Shown: positions 18,429 through 27,493 of the stretch, in pieces
Numbering within the stretch: position 1 is the first letter of the stretch
Layout of the letters: each line of letters opens with the position of its first letter
Virus record (IMG/VR): IMGVR_UViG_3300048924_000191
Span: 179,379-243,378 of that record
Length of the DNA: 64,000 nt
Strand: one strand, 5' to 3'
Position numbers and translations under genes: made by a program
The notes under the pieces: generated by a model
Told to the model about the DNA's origin: nothing
Databases searched by the model: none
Seen by the model: only the letters and a program-made list of their open reading frames with translations

Positions 18429-18469
18429 GTGATTCGTGTTGGGAATGTACGATCTAATTCTTTTTGGAT
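18429..18469 (-). promoter_or_regulatory. Degenerate early-type promoter motif
   Basis: ATCCAA-N13-GTACATTC-N7-GAATCAC. Confidence 0.45.
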
Positions 18470-18507
18470 CGAATCATTTGACTCTCTCATCCTATCGGAA
18501 CGAACGT

Positions 18508-19728
18508 ATGGAGAATATCAAGTCTGTAATGGACCGGCATTGCAAGCATCTGACGTTCGATAAGTCGATGCTCACCCGTGTCCAAGCGTACCAAATGCAG
18601 TTCGCCAACAAGAACGAAGCGCACATCACCTTCTTCGGCGGAAACCTCATGGGCGTTGAAGCCGTTCGCTTCAAACCCGAAGATCGGAACAAGTGGTTCG
18701 AAGAAGTTCTCGAAGTCGACGAGACAGCACTCGAAGATGACCTGCACGCATTGCCAGAAGTTGTGACGCACCGTCATGTATCTTCTGACGTGATGAACTT
18801 ATCGTGTGTCTGGGTCATTCACAAGTTCCTCACCTCCGACAAACTCAACGACGATCAGAAGTACGACGGCGCTATGGCCTCTGCCCTGATCCTGCAATAC
18901 AAGTTCATCACCTCGATCATGACCAACATGTTTCACTGGTCAGCCGATCCAATCATCGCACAAGCCACCTACGCGGCGCTCAGCAAGCGTTTCGGCTTGA
19001 AGGTGGCTGGTACATGGGGTGAGCTGCTAAGACAGCGTGCAGACGACATTGTGCGCAAAGGCGGTCTGCACTACCAACGTCTGGTGAAGTTCGATAAAGA
19101 CATCGACTACATCGTCAACGATATCCAGGGTCGAATCAAATCCTTCCTCAACAACATCCGTGACGTGTTCGAGATTGTTCGTCACTCGCCCGAGATGCAG
19201 ATCCGAAACTTCGGGAGCACGATCGAGTTGGATGGGGAGATCAAGATTCGAGATACGACCCGTATGGTTACCCAGTACCGTAACTATTTACTGGAGATCC
19301 TCCCAGACAGGAACGCTTTCATCATCAACGAGTTGGTTGGGGTGATTGCCAAGACTGTACCGCAGATGACCAATGACTTGCTGACGAAGGTCTTGACGTA
19401 CTTCGCTAACAACGCTTCGGTCAAAGCCGACCCACGGGTTCAGCGAATCTGCGATCTGGTACTCCAGCATGCGTTCAACCATCTGGCAACCAACCCCGAC
19501 ACGATGTTGTCGAAGTCTGACCTCCCGGGCTTGATCCGCAAGATGCGAAACCTCTACCAGGCCAGTCGGACCACCAACCCGATGATCCTGGAGATGCGTG
19601 AGTTGACTGAGGCTATTGCCAAAGTCGCTACTGGGTCGAAGAACAAAGTGCTCATCCCTGCGATCCGTAACGCAGCGTTGCTGTACATCCTGGTGCGTGC
19701 GTTCACGTACAACCACTACCGCAAGTAA
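18508..19728 (+). CDS. Conserved jumbo-phage protein next to terminase (probably virion-associated)
   Basis: About 406 aa from MENIKS, convergent on terminase. Function not recognised. Confidence 0.6.
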   Translation: MENIKSVMDRHCKHLTFDKSMLTRVQAYQMQFANKNEAHITFFGGNLMGVEAVRFKPEDRNKWFEEVLEVDETALEDDLHALPEVVTHRHVSSDVMNLSCVWVIHKFLTSDKLNDDQKYDGAMASALILQYKFITSIMTNMFHWSADPIIAQATYAALSKRFGLKVAGTWGELLRQRADDIVRKGGLHYQRLVKFDKDIDYIVNDIQGRIKSFLNNIRDVFEIVRHSPEMQIRNFGSTIELDGEIKIRDTTRMVTQYRNYLLEILPDRNAFIINELVGVIAKTVPQMTNDLLTKVLTYFANNASVKADPRVQRICDLVLQHAFNHLATNPDTMLSKSDLPGLIRKMRNLYQASRTTNPMILEMRELTEAIAKVATGSKNKVLIPAIRNAALLYILVRAFTYNHYRK

Positions 19729-19729
19729 A

Positions 19730-19769
19730 CGACATACAGCCGGTGGGGAGACCCACCGGCTGTATGCTG
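19730..19769. terminator. Symmetric bidirectional hairpin with TATG tails
   Basis: CATACAGCCGGTGGG-GAGA-CCCACCGGCTGTATG between convergent genes. Confidence 0.8.
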
Positions 19770-19771
19770 TC

Positions 19772-21988
19772 TCAGTAACGACGGAACGGTGCTTTGATCC
19801 CGTTGTAGATACTCTTGCCACTGAAGACAGGGGTGGAGTAACGGGCGCGAGCATCTTCGTACTTCTGCTCTTTCGCTTCTTTCGACGCACGATCCATGGA
19901 ACCGACCGTATCTTCATCTGTCCGATCTGCCAGTTCTGACTTGGCAGACTTGAGGCGTGCTTGATAGTACTGAATCTCGACCGCAGACCGAGCCTTCTCC
20001 ATCTTGTCTTCCAAAGCACGGATGTTGGCCTGCAGACGTTCTTCCCGGTTGAACTTCGCAAGTTCTTTCGGCGTCTGGTCGTTGTTGGCGAACCGGAGTT
20101 TGGAGAGGACTTCACGAGGATCGATACCGTAGTGATCCAGGTTACGAGCATATCGCAGGAACCAGTTAGCGATCAGCCACGAGATGACATGGTCGTCGTG
20201 CCCGGAGGCTTGGTGGTCGATACGACCCTTACGCATCACGAGGCTCGAAAGCTCGTCCACGAGTTGTGGGTCGCGAATCAACGTAGCCGACTGGTTAGTC
20301 GCAGCACGCAGCACGTCAGAGTACAACTCAGTACGCAGATCACTGTTGGTGTTGAAACCAAAATCACTGCGAAACGGCGCGTACTTACGTTCAGACGGAG
20401 AACCGATCGAGTATTCCCGATAGGTCTTGCGATCCCGTTCGGTATCATCAGCGCGGTCAACGACTCGGCTGTAGATCCGACGACCTGGGTCCACACCTTT
20501 GAGCGGCAGCTTCAGAATCAGCTTGTCGCCAATACCAGCCCAGGAGGACTTGTTCTCAGGGACCAGCGTCATCATGTCGAAGAGTACCATGAAATCAACC
20601 AGCCAATCCCCGAAGTGCTCGAGGAAGGTTTCGTTGACCATGAAGGCAAACAGACTCTCAGTGGTATCCGTCGCAATCGCCACGCCAGTGATCGCATCTC
20701 GACCAACGGCGTTGGAGGTATCGAGACCCATGACCGAACGACGAGCCAAAGCTTCTTCGTACGGAACGTGGAATCGGATACGGTAATGGCGCTTCGGATC
20801 GATCCGCTCGATGACCTCGTTGTTGACCCAGTTCCTGATCTTGTTCAGCAGTTTCTCAGGGATTGGGTTGGAGGCACTACCGAACGTCCACTGACTCAGA
20901 TAGTCACGCTTGGTCTGATCCAGGGATGCGGATGCACGGTTGATCTTTTCTTTCAGCCATTCGTCGGTGTAACCCAACTGTCGGTGGTTGAAGGAGATGT
21001 CCACCCGAGGTACGACCTTGTCGTTACTGTTTGCGCAAATGATGCTAACAGCTTCGGCACGGTTCTTGGCGTCGTACAGGAACTCGCCGAACGGCATGGC
21101 CACCTTTTTGATCTTGTTGTACACGTACTGACCAGAGTCGGTCGACAAGTCACCGGCCGTAGTTGTGAACAGCAGGAAGTGGATAGCCCCTTTACGTGCG
21201 GCTTCGTCAAACGTCTGAGTGCCGGCAGCAATCATCGCTGGGATGGAAATTGCGGCATACGGCAAGAATGGTGGTTCGTCAGAGGTGATGACCGTAGGCG
21301 ATTGACCACGGGCCACGTTGTTCGCTGCTTCCGGATCGCCTTGCGGGATGTAGGTCTTGGTCCGGTTACCACGAGCGAAGTTGGTGAACTCGTGCTGGTT
21401 GTCCGTATCCTTGCCGGTGAGTTCCCACATCCATTTCGGCAATGACGCACGAATCTCTTTGTATTCGCGGATTTCCTCTTTACGCAAGTCGGACTTGGTG
21501 AAGAGAATGTGCTGCGAGCCGTACGCCCAAAACATGTGCCAAGCCACGATCAACATACGGGTGTTCAGCGACTTACCCGTCTGACGGATCTGCTGGAGAT
21601 ACACAACGAACGAATTGAGCACCGACCAGAACAGCGCGATGTTACCCCGGTTGGCAATCAGAGGTCCAGAGCCACCACCCGACTTGGCAGGTACCCGCAT
21701 GATCTCACGCAGTACGAACCATGGGTTGTGCTCAGCCTCAAGGAGGATCAGCTCTTTCTGGTCGTCAGTGAGGTCTTCGCTATAGACGTTAACCCCAGAC
21801 AACGAAGCGTTGTACAGCGTGAGCGGGAAGTACCAATGCTTGATCCCCATCTCTCGAAACTTGTAAGACTGTTCCAACCAGCTTTGATTTCGAGTTCCCT
21901 TCAACACGCCGAAGCGTGTCTCCAACCCTGGGATATCCGGCACAGCGGTCGGATACTTTTCCCAGTCCTCTTCGTAGAGAATTGGCAT
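19772..21988 (-). CDS. terL: Terminase large subunit
   Basis: 738 aa with Walker A QQIRQTGKS, Walker B ITSDE, and nuclease GLDTS..GRD and GHDDHVISW. Matches the phiKZ gp25 position. Confidence 0.93.
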   Translation of the reverse strand: MPILYEEDWEKYPTAVPDIPGLETRFGVLKGTRNQSWLEQSYKFREMGIKHWYFPLTLYNASLSGVNVYSEDLTDDQKELILLEAEHNPWFVLREIMRVPAKSGGGSGPLIANRGNIALFWSVLNSFVVYLQQIRQTGKSLNTRMLIVAWHMFWAYGSQHILFTKSDLRKEEIREYKEIRASLPKWMWELTGKDTDNQHEFTNFARGNRTKTYIPQGDPEAANNVARGQSPTVITSDEPPFLPYAAISIPAMIAAGTQTFDEAARKGAIHFLLFTTTAGDLSTDSGQYVYNKIKKVAMPFGEFLYDAKNRAEAVSIICANSNDKVVPRVDISFNHRQLGYTDEWLKEKINRASASLDQTKRDYLSQWTFGSASNPIPEKLLNKIRNWVNNEVIERIDPKRHYRIRFHVPYEEALARRSVMGLDTSNAVGRDAITGVAIATDTTESLFAFMVNETFLEHFGDWLVDFMVLFDMMTLVPENKSSWAGIGDKLILKLPLKGVDPGRRIYSRVVDRADDTERDRKTYREYSIGSPSERKYAPFRSDFGFNTNSDLRTELYSDVLRAATNQSATLIRDPQLVDELSSLVMRKGRIDHQASGHDDHVISWLIANWFLRYARNLDHYGIDPREVLSKLRFANNDQTPKELAKFNREERLQANIRALEDKMEKARSAVEIQYYQARLKSAKSELADRTDEDTVGSMDRASKEAKEQKYEDARARYSTPVFSGKSIYNGIKAPFRRY

Positions 21989-22042
21989 GTGAATTCCTTA
22001 GCGACATAGAGCCACTGGGGAGGCAGAGCCTCCCCAGATAAC

Positions 22043-23761
22043 TCAGACCTGATGGACTGGCAGACCACTCACACCCAACTGTAGTTCGCCAGCGGTCAGT
22101 TTCCTGATCCAGCGTACGTACAGCGTCGCACCTTCTGGCAAGTCATTGACGAACGTCAAGTCCTGCTTCCATTGCGAAATAGGGAATGTGAACGACTGGG
22201 TACGAGTCACGATGATGAAGTGAGTCGGTGGTGGCGACTTGTTCTCGGTCTGTGGATCGTACAGCGGCTCTGCCGTGTAGAAGACGCTATCCAGCCACGC
22301 TTCCTGCGTGTCCAGCCCTTGCGAGATGTTGACGGTACTGAGACCAGCGCCAGTAGCGTGGACGACAGCTTCAAGCTTATCGCCGTACCACTTCTTCTGG
22401 TTGCCCGCAAACTTGACCTTCCAGTTGCTGGCCCGTTGACCACCAGACCGCAGCAGAGAGATCTGCACTTGCTGTGCATGACGCTCATCGCCGTAGCGCT
22501 GATCGAGTTCCTTCAACCGCACACCAAACGTCAGGTGCTGAGTCGAGGTGAACTCCAATCCGTCAAAGGCAGGTGACATCTCCGACAGCTCGACAGCCGA
22601 CTTCGGAACACGGTACCCAACCTGACGAGTCAGATCGAACATCCAGAATTCCAGAGCGTACCCAACGACGTCGGATACCCAGGTCGGGAAGGCGAACAGT
22701 TTCAGAGTGCGGGTCGGGTCAGCCGGCAGACCGACGATGACGTACGGCACCAACACGTCGCCGTTTGCCGACGTACCTTGCAGGTACGAGTACTCGGCAG
22801 CAGGGTTTGGCGTGTAGGACAGCGACACCTCGTGCGGCGTACCACTGATCGATGGAGACCAGTACTTGAAACCAAGCAGTTTGAACTTGCCGTTGGCGTC
22901 TTCGTCAACCACGTCGTCGATGACATAACGACCGCTGGTGTACGTCACCTTCGCTCGCATCATGAGCGTTGCCATGGTAGCGTTGGTGTAGATCTCCAGC
23001 GTGTTCGGCTTGGTAGCCGACAGGTACGGGCTGAGCAGTTCGATGGACTCGATACGCTCAAGGTCGTCTTCAGGGTGACGAACGATATTGGTGTTGTACA
23101 CCAGACACCGAGCCACGTCAGTCGGAGCACCGGCCTTGTTGTAAGTCACTACCGAAACAGGTTGACCGTTCGGCAGGTTCTTCATCGTGAAGCCCATCAC
23201 AGGCGCCCAGATTGCCCGGTTGTTCGGATCTGGGTTCCAGGCCAGCGACAACGGAATCTCAGGACCCACGTAATCACCGTTCTGGCGATAGAAGGCACTG
23301 ATGATTTCACCGCTGTCTTTGTCGACGTCGGTTCCGTTGAAGACCAGGATGTGGTCAGCCTGCTCACCGTAGGCGTGCAGACGGGAGTTGATATCCAGAC
23401 GGTGAGGGGTTACGCGGGTGTCGATCATGACCCGGAACGATTCGCTCAGCTTACCCGGACCACCACCCAGCAGCTTGTCTTCATCATCGACATCGTCGTC
23501 GTTGTGAGGAATGTGCCAAGCCACCAGATCGGCAACAAAGGTGGTGGGGTCGACCCTCGCCACGCGTTTGAAGCCGTTGGTGTAGTCGATGATGCTGTCG
23601 TCTTCTCGAGGGACGTACTCACCTTCGCCTTTGATGATCTCACTACCGCTGTCCATGTCGCGGTACTTGTAGAGATCCTTGATGTTGAACTGCAAGCTAC
23701 GGCGGTCATCGTTCAGGATGACACTATCGCCATTGCTGAGCTGCTGTTTAGTTTCAGCCAT
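22043..23761 (-). CDS. Virion structural protein (phiKZ gp26-like)
   Basis: 572 aa; conserved gp25-gp30 gene order. Confidence 0.7.
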   Translation of the reverse strand: MAETKQQLSNGDSVILNDDRRSLQFNIKDLYKYRDMDSGSEIIKGEGEYVPREDDSIIDYTNGFKRVARVDPTTFVADLVAWHIPHNDDDVDDEDKLLGGGPGKLSESFRVMIDTRVTPHRLDINSRLHAYGEQADHILVFNGTDVDKDSGEIISAFYRQNGDYVGPEIPLSLAWNPDPNNRAIWAPVMGFTMKNLPNGQPVSVVTYNKAGAPTDVARCLVYNTNIVRHPEDDLERIESIELLSPYLSATKPNTLEIYTNATMATLMMRAKVTYTSGRYVIDDVVDEDANGKFKLLGFKYWSPSISGTPHEVSLSYTPNPAAEYSYLQGTSANGDVLVPYVIVGLPADPTRTLKLFAFPTWVSDVVGYALEFWMFDLTRQVGYRVPKSAVELSEMSPAFDGLEFTSTQHLTFGVRLKELDQRYGDERHAQQVQISLLRSGGQRASNWKVKFAGNQKKWYGDKLEAVVHATGAGLSTVNISQGLDTQEAWLDSVFYTAEPLYDPQTENKSPPPTHFIIVTRTQSFTFPISQWKQDLTFVNDLPEGATLYVRWIRKLTAGELQLGVSGLPVHQV

Positions 23762-23804
23762 TGCGAATACCCATGATTGAGAGGGGAGTTACCTCCCCTG
23801 TCGA

Positions 23805-26435
23805 TTACGAAAGACCTACGGATTCCCAAGTCTGGTGGGGATGCGGGTGGTCGCGCTGATCGTGTTCGAAGCCTTCCTCGACAATGACTAGATGACGGTT
23901 CAAGACAACGTTGTTGTTCAAGAACAGTTTGATCGCTCGGTCAAGGACACGATACTGATACACGTTAAGTTCAATCACACCAGTTTCAGGGTGCGGGTGA
24001 ATCACGACGAACTGTTCGTCTACGTCGTTGAGTGCTGGGTCGTACTTGAGAATCCAGTCGTACCCTGCCAGACGTTTACGCAGCCAGTCATCGCTGTACT
24101 CACCCTTGAACTCGTCCATCGGCAGAATGCCGTTGAGCATGTCGTAGATCAGCTTCGTGGTGAACGGACTGAACACCTGCCACCAATACTCGATCGGCGT
24201 AGGGTTCGGTTGTTCTGGTAGAGGAAGTTCGACAGTCAGGTAATCTTCCACCTTCTTGTCGATCACCTCAGCGGCTTCGAGCAACGTGTACGTGTCGGTA
24301 TCCGTTACACCCAGCATGTTGATCACCGGGTGCTGGACCATGTACGGCAGCCCGTTACGTGCGATCTCCGGCAACGTCTGGTTGTCCTCGGTAAAGCCGA
24401 GTTCATCGCGGGTGTAGATCGCCCCACCGATGCAGACGTGATTCACCTTGTCTTCCCGCACGTTGTAGCGCGAGTTGTGACTCAGTTGCCGGTACGCCAC
24501 GAAACCAGTTTCAGCCGGAGGTCTTGCCGACATATCCGACTTGCAGAAGCTGCGACTACGCAGGTGGATGTCTTGCACCGGCCCTGGCTTCAGATATGCC
24601 TTGTTGACAATACAGAACTCAGGGAACTCGAAGTAGTAATCGATCTCCGGTACGAGCTCATGTCCGTTCATCCAGATGTTGGTCTGACCAAACGGAATGT
24701 CAAGCACGCCCACTGCAGATACACGACCCACACGGATCTCATCGGCGTTGAGGCTGAATGCCAACAGATCGTCCCGGTAGTTCAGTTGCAGGTCATACGC
24801 CAAGAAGTCGACGCTGTTGCGAACTGCCGTGCTGAACTTCGCACGGTCCACGTACCAGACCACCTTTCCGCCTTGGATCTTGTAGTACCGCTCATCGCCA
24901 GTGATGTCCTGCCAATCGTTCTTGCGGACACCGTTGTAGATGTGGCTGATGTAGAAGCGGTAATCCATGGTCGGATCGATCACCGTGCCGTCGACATCGA
25001 AGTCAGTCGACGAACCATCCCCACCGTACCCGTAGAACCCTTCGAGGTAACGGGTATTGTTGTTGCGGATCGGGTATTCGTACGACGCATCGTGCAGATA
25101 CCACCCGAGCAACGTGCCATCGGCCGCGTACTCGTAAATCGTCGAACGATCCCACAAGCCTTCAGGCAGCGTAGCCCACTTGTCGGTACCTGGGGTGACT
25201 TTGATCGGCGTGTTGTTGATCCGCTTGCTAATGGCGTTGTAGCCCAAGGCCTTCTCTACCATCAAGCGAGTGATCCCACCCTGGGGCGCTGCCATGACTT
25301 TCGGGTAGAAGCTGTCTTCCAACTCGGCAGCTTGCCACACCTCCATGGACTTCTCGCCAATCATCGCCTTGATCCGTTGTGGTTCAGGCAGACGGAACAG
25401 ATCCTTGATGTGGTGCGCTTCATCCGGTAGAGGACGATTCTTCCCACTGTCGCGGATAATCAGCTCAAGGCGCAAGTCATGGTTCCAGGTCCAATCACGA
25501 TCGTACTCGATGTACGCAGCCAGGTAAGCCTGACCAATAGCGTAATCGCGATGCGTCACCATCCGAATCGAATCCGGTTGGTTGAAGTGGTAATAGTACC
25601 CGGTATACACCGCTGCCTTGGTGTAGCGTAGCAGATAGATGTCGATATCGTCGTAGAAGTCGACTGTCTCACCGAGACCTGCTCGAGTGATCAGATACTT
25701 GCCGATCTCATCCATCCGACTATCAAACGGCAGGATGTCTTTGACCAACACTTCGACCACTTCCTTGACGGTAGCATCGCGGTAGTATTCGATCACATCG
25801 CCCAAGTTGGCGGTTGTTGGGTTGATATCCTTGACGCGCATGCCGTTGACAAACGCCCACGCATAACCCTGCTTCTGCTGGGCAGCTCGCCACATGTTCT
25901 GGTACAGGATGAACTCGTTCTGAGTGGTCGGAACGATACCCTCGATCTCGATACCGCCATTGAAGGGGTACTTGCTCGAGTCATCCATCGCCAACCCAGA
26001 CCGCCAACGGATGTAGGGTTGTTCGAGACCGAGGTTGGCAACCTTAGGCGTATGTAGGAATGCGATGACCAAAGCGCCCATTCCGGTGTACAGGAAGTAA
26101 GCGCGGTGGGTCGGGAAGTGTTTCCCCTGCTTGGTGTAGAGGTCGACCAGCAGAGAGGTCGCAATGCAATGCCCACGCACAGCAACCCACTTGTTGACGA
26201 TAGTGTCCATTCCCACCAAAACCGGCGGAAGATCACCGATCATGAAACAGTGGTAGAACTCGCCTTGGGTTGGTAGGTTGTAAACACGCATGCCGATCTT
26301 GACGCTCGACAGAGCACCGAGTCTCGGGCTGAAACGGGTGGGTGCAACGATGTACTGCCGGTCCTGACCTGGTCCACACCAGATCCGACGGTAGGCATCG
26401 TTGACCAGGAAGTCGGCCGGTTGTCTCATGTTCAC
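23805..26435 (-). CDS. Virion structural protein (phiKZ gp27-like)
   Basis: 876 aa; synteny. Confidence 0.7.
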   Translation of the reverse strand: MNMRQPADFLVNDAYRRIWCGPGQDRQYIVAPTRFSPRLGALSSVKIGMRVYNLPTQGEFYHCFMIGDLPPVLVGMDTIVNKWVAVRGHCIATSLLVDLYTKQGKHFPTHRAYFLYTGMGALVIAFLHTPKVANLGLEQPYIRWRSGLAMDDSSKYPFNGGIEIEGIVPTTQNEFILYQNMWRAAQQKQGYAWAFVNGMRVKDINPTTANLGDVIEYYRDATVKEVVEVLVKDILPFDSRMDEIGKYLITRAGLGETVDFYDDIDIYLLRYTKAAVYTGYYYHFNQPDSIRMVTHRDYAIGQAYLAAYIEYDRDWTWNHDLRLELIIRDSGKNRPLPDEAHHIKDLFRLPEPQRIKAMIGEKSMEVWQAAELEDSFYPKVMAAPQGGITRLMVEKALGYNAISKRINNTPIKVTPGTDKWATLPEGLWDRSTIYEYAADGTLLGWYLHDASYEYPIRNNNTRYLEGFYGYGGDGSSTDFDVDGTVIDPTMDYRFYISHIYNGVRKNDWQDITGDERYYKIQGGKVVWYVDRAKFSTAVRNSVDFLAYDLQLNYRDDLLAFSLNADEIRVGRVSAVGVLDIPFGQTNIWMNGHELVPEIDYYFEFPEFCIVNKAYLKPGPVQDIHLRSRSFCKSDMSARPPAETGFVAYRQLSHNSRYNVREDKVNHVCIGGAIYTRDELGFTEDNQTLPEIARNGLPYMVQHPVINMLGVTDTDTYTLLEAAEVIDKKVEDYLTVELPLPEQPNPTPIEYWWQVFSPFTTKLIYDMLNGILPMDEFKGEYSDDWLRKRLAGYDWILKYDPALNDVDEQFVVIHPHPETGVIELNVYQYRVLDRAIKLFLNNNVVLNRHLVIVEEGFEHDQRDHPHPHQTWESVGLS

Positions 26436-27328
26436 TTCATCCCGGTGAGGTGGTTCATGTTCTTGATGAACTCTTTGTCGTCCCCACGGCTGATCAGCTT
26501 CTCGATGATCTTGCCGAGTCCACTCTTCTGGTAGGTCCGTTCCTTACAAGCGGTATAGACCATGGCCATGAAGGCAGGCGGGTACTCCAGAGCCACAGCC
26601 ACAGCTTCACGGTACTGAGGACCGAAGTTGAAGCCGAGTGCAGAATAGAAGTAATCGACGATGAGGTTGTGCAGACGCTCGGTGTCGAGCTTCTCGATAA
26701 CCCACTTGACGAAATCGCGGATGTTGTTCAGTCGAGGAACTTCCCCGAGGAACTGCTCGATGGTCACCATGTCGAACCCTGGGATCAATCGAGTAGCGCG
26801 AGTAAGCAGGCGTTCGCGATCGTCAGCCGTCGGATGTTCCGGCAGTGGGTTGAACAACTGGATGTAGTAGACCGCAGCCAGAATGCGGAACTGCTGCATC
26901 TGACCAAACTCCAGACCCAGACGAACCATTGGACCGGAGATCCAGTTGATGAAGATCTTCGCTGGGAAGTTGCCGAGGTTCAGCAGGTCCGCAGCGATAC
27001 CTTTATTCTGCTGGGTGTACCACATCTCAACCAGATGACCGTAGAGTACGGCATGGTTGTAGACGTCAAGCTTTACTGGCGTACGGTCTGCACGCAGCAA
27101 CGAACGACCATCGATGACCACCGAAGACTCCAGGTTTGGGGAATCGAGTTTGGTGATCGGTTGGCCGTACGGTTGGAACGTATCCACTCCCGCAGGAACC
27201 AGCTTTACGCCGGGTGCTCCTTGAGCAGTTACCAGCGCAGAATCGATTTCAAGGCGTCTGATCCCCGAGAAAGTTTTCGAGAGATCGTAACGCGAACAGG
27301 GAGTGGTTTGATAGGGCGTAAGGAACAT
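26432..27328 (-). CDS. Virion structural protein (phiKZ gp28-like)
   Basis: Start MFLTPY with GGAG upstream; synteny. Confidence 0.65.
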   Translation of the reverse strand: MFLTPYQTTPCSRYDLSKTFSGIRRLEIDSALVTAQGAPGVKLVPAGVDTFQPYGQPITKLDSPNLESSVVIDGRSLLRADRTPVKLDVYNHAVLYGHLVEMWYTQQNKGIAADLLNLGNFPAKIFINWISGPMVRLGLEFGQMQQFRILAAVYYIQLFNPLPEHPTADDRERLLTRATRLIPGFDMVTIEQFLGEVPRLNNIRDFVKWVIEKLDTERLHNLIVDYFYSALGFNFGPQYREAVAVALEYPPAFMAMVYTACKERTYQKSGLGKIIEKLISRGDDKEFIKNMNHLTGMK

Positions 27329-27493
27329 TGCTCGCGTCTCCAACTTATGTGAGTTAAAAAGTTACAAATTAGTACTTGGCGCAGAAACAAAAATAGTATG
27401 CTAACTCCAGCGTATCGGTCATCGACCGGCTGAAGTTAGGCAACCATACCATTCCCCGACGTTCTGCGCAGAACTTACTCCTGGGAGTTAACC

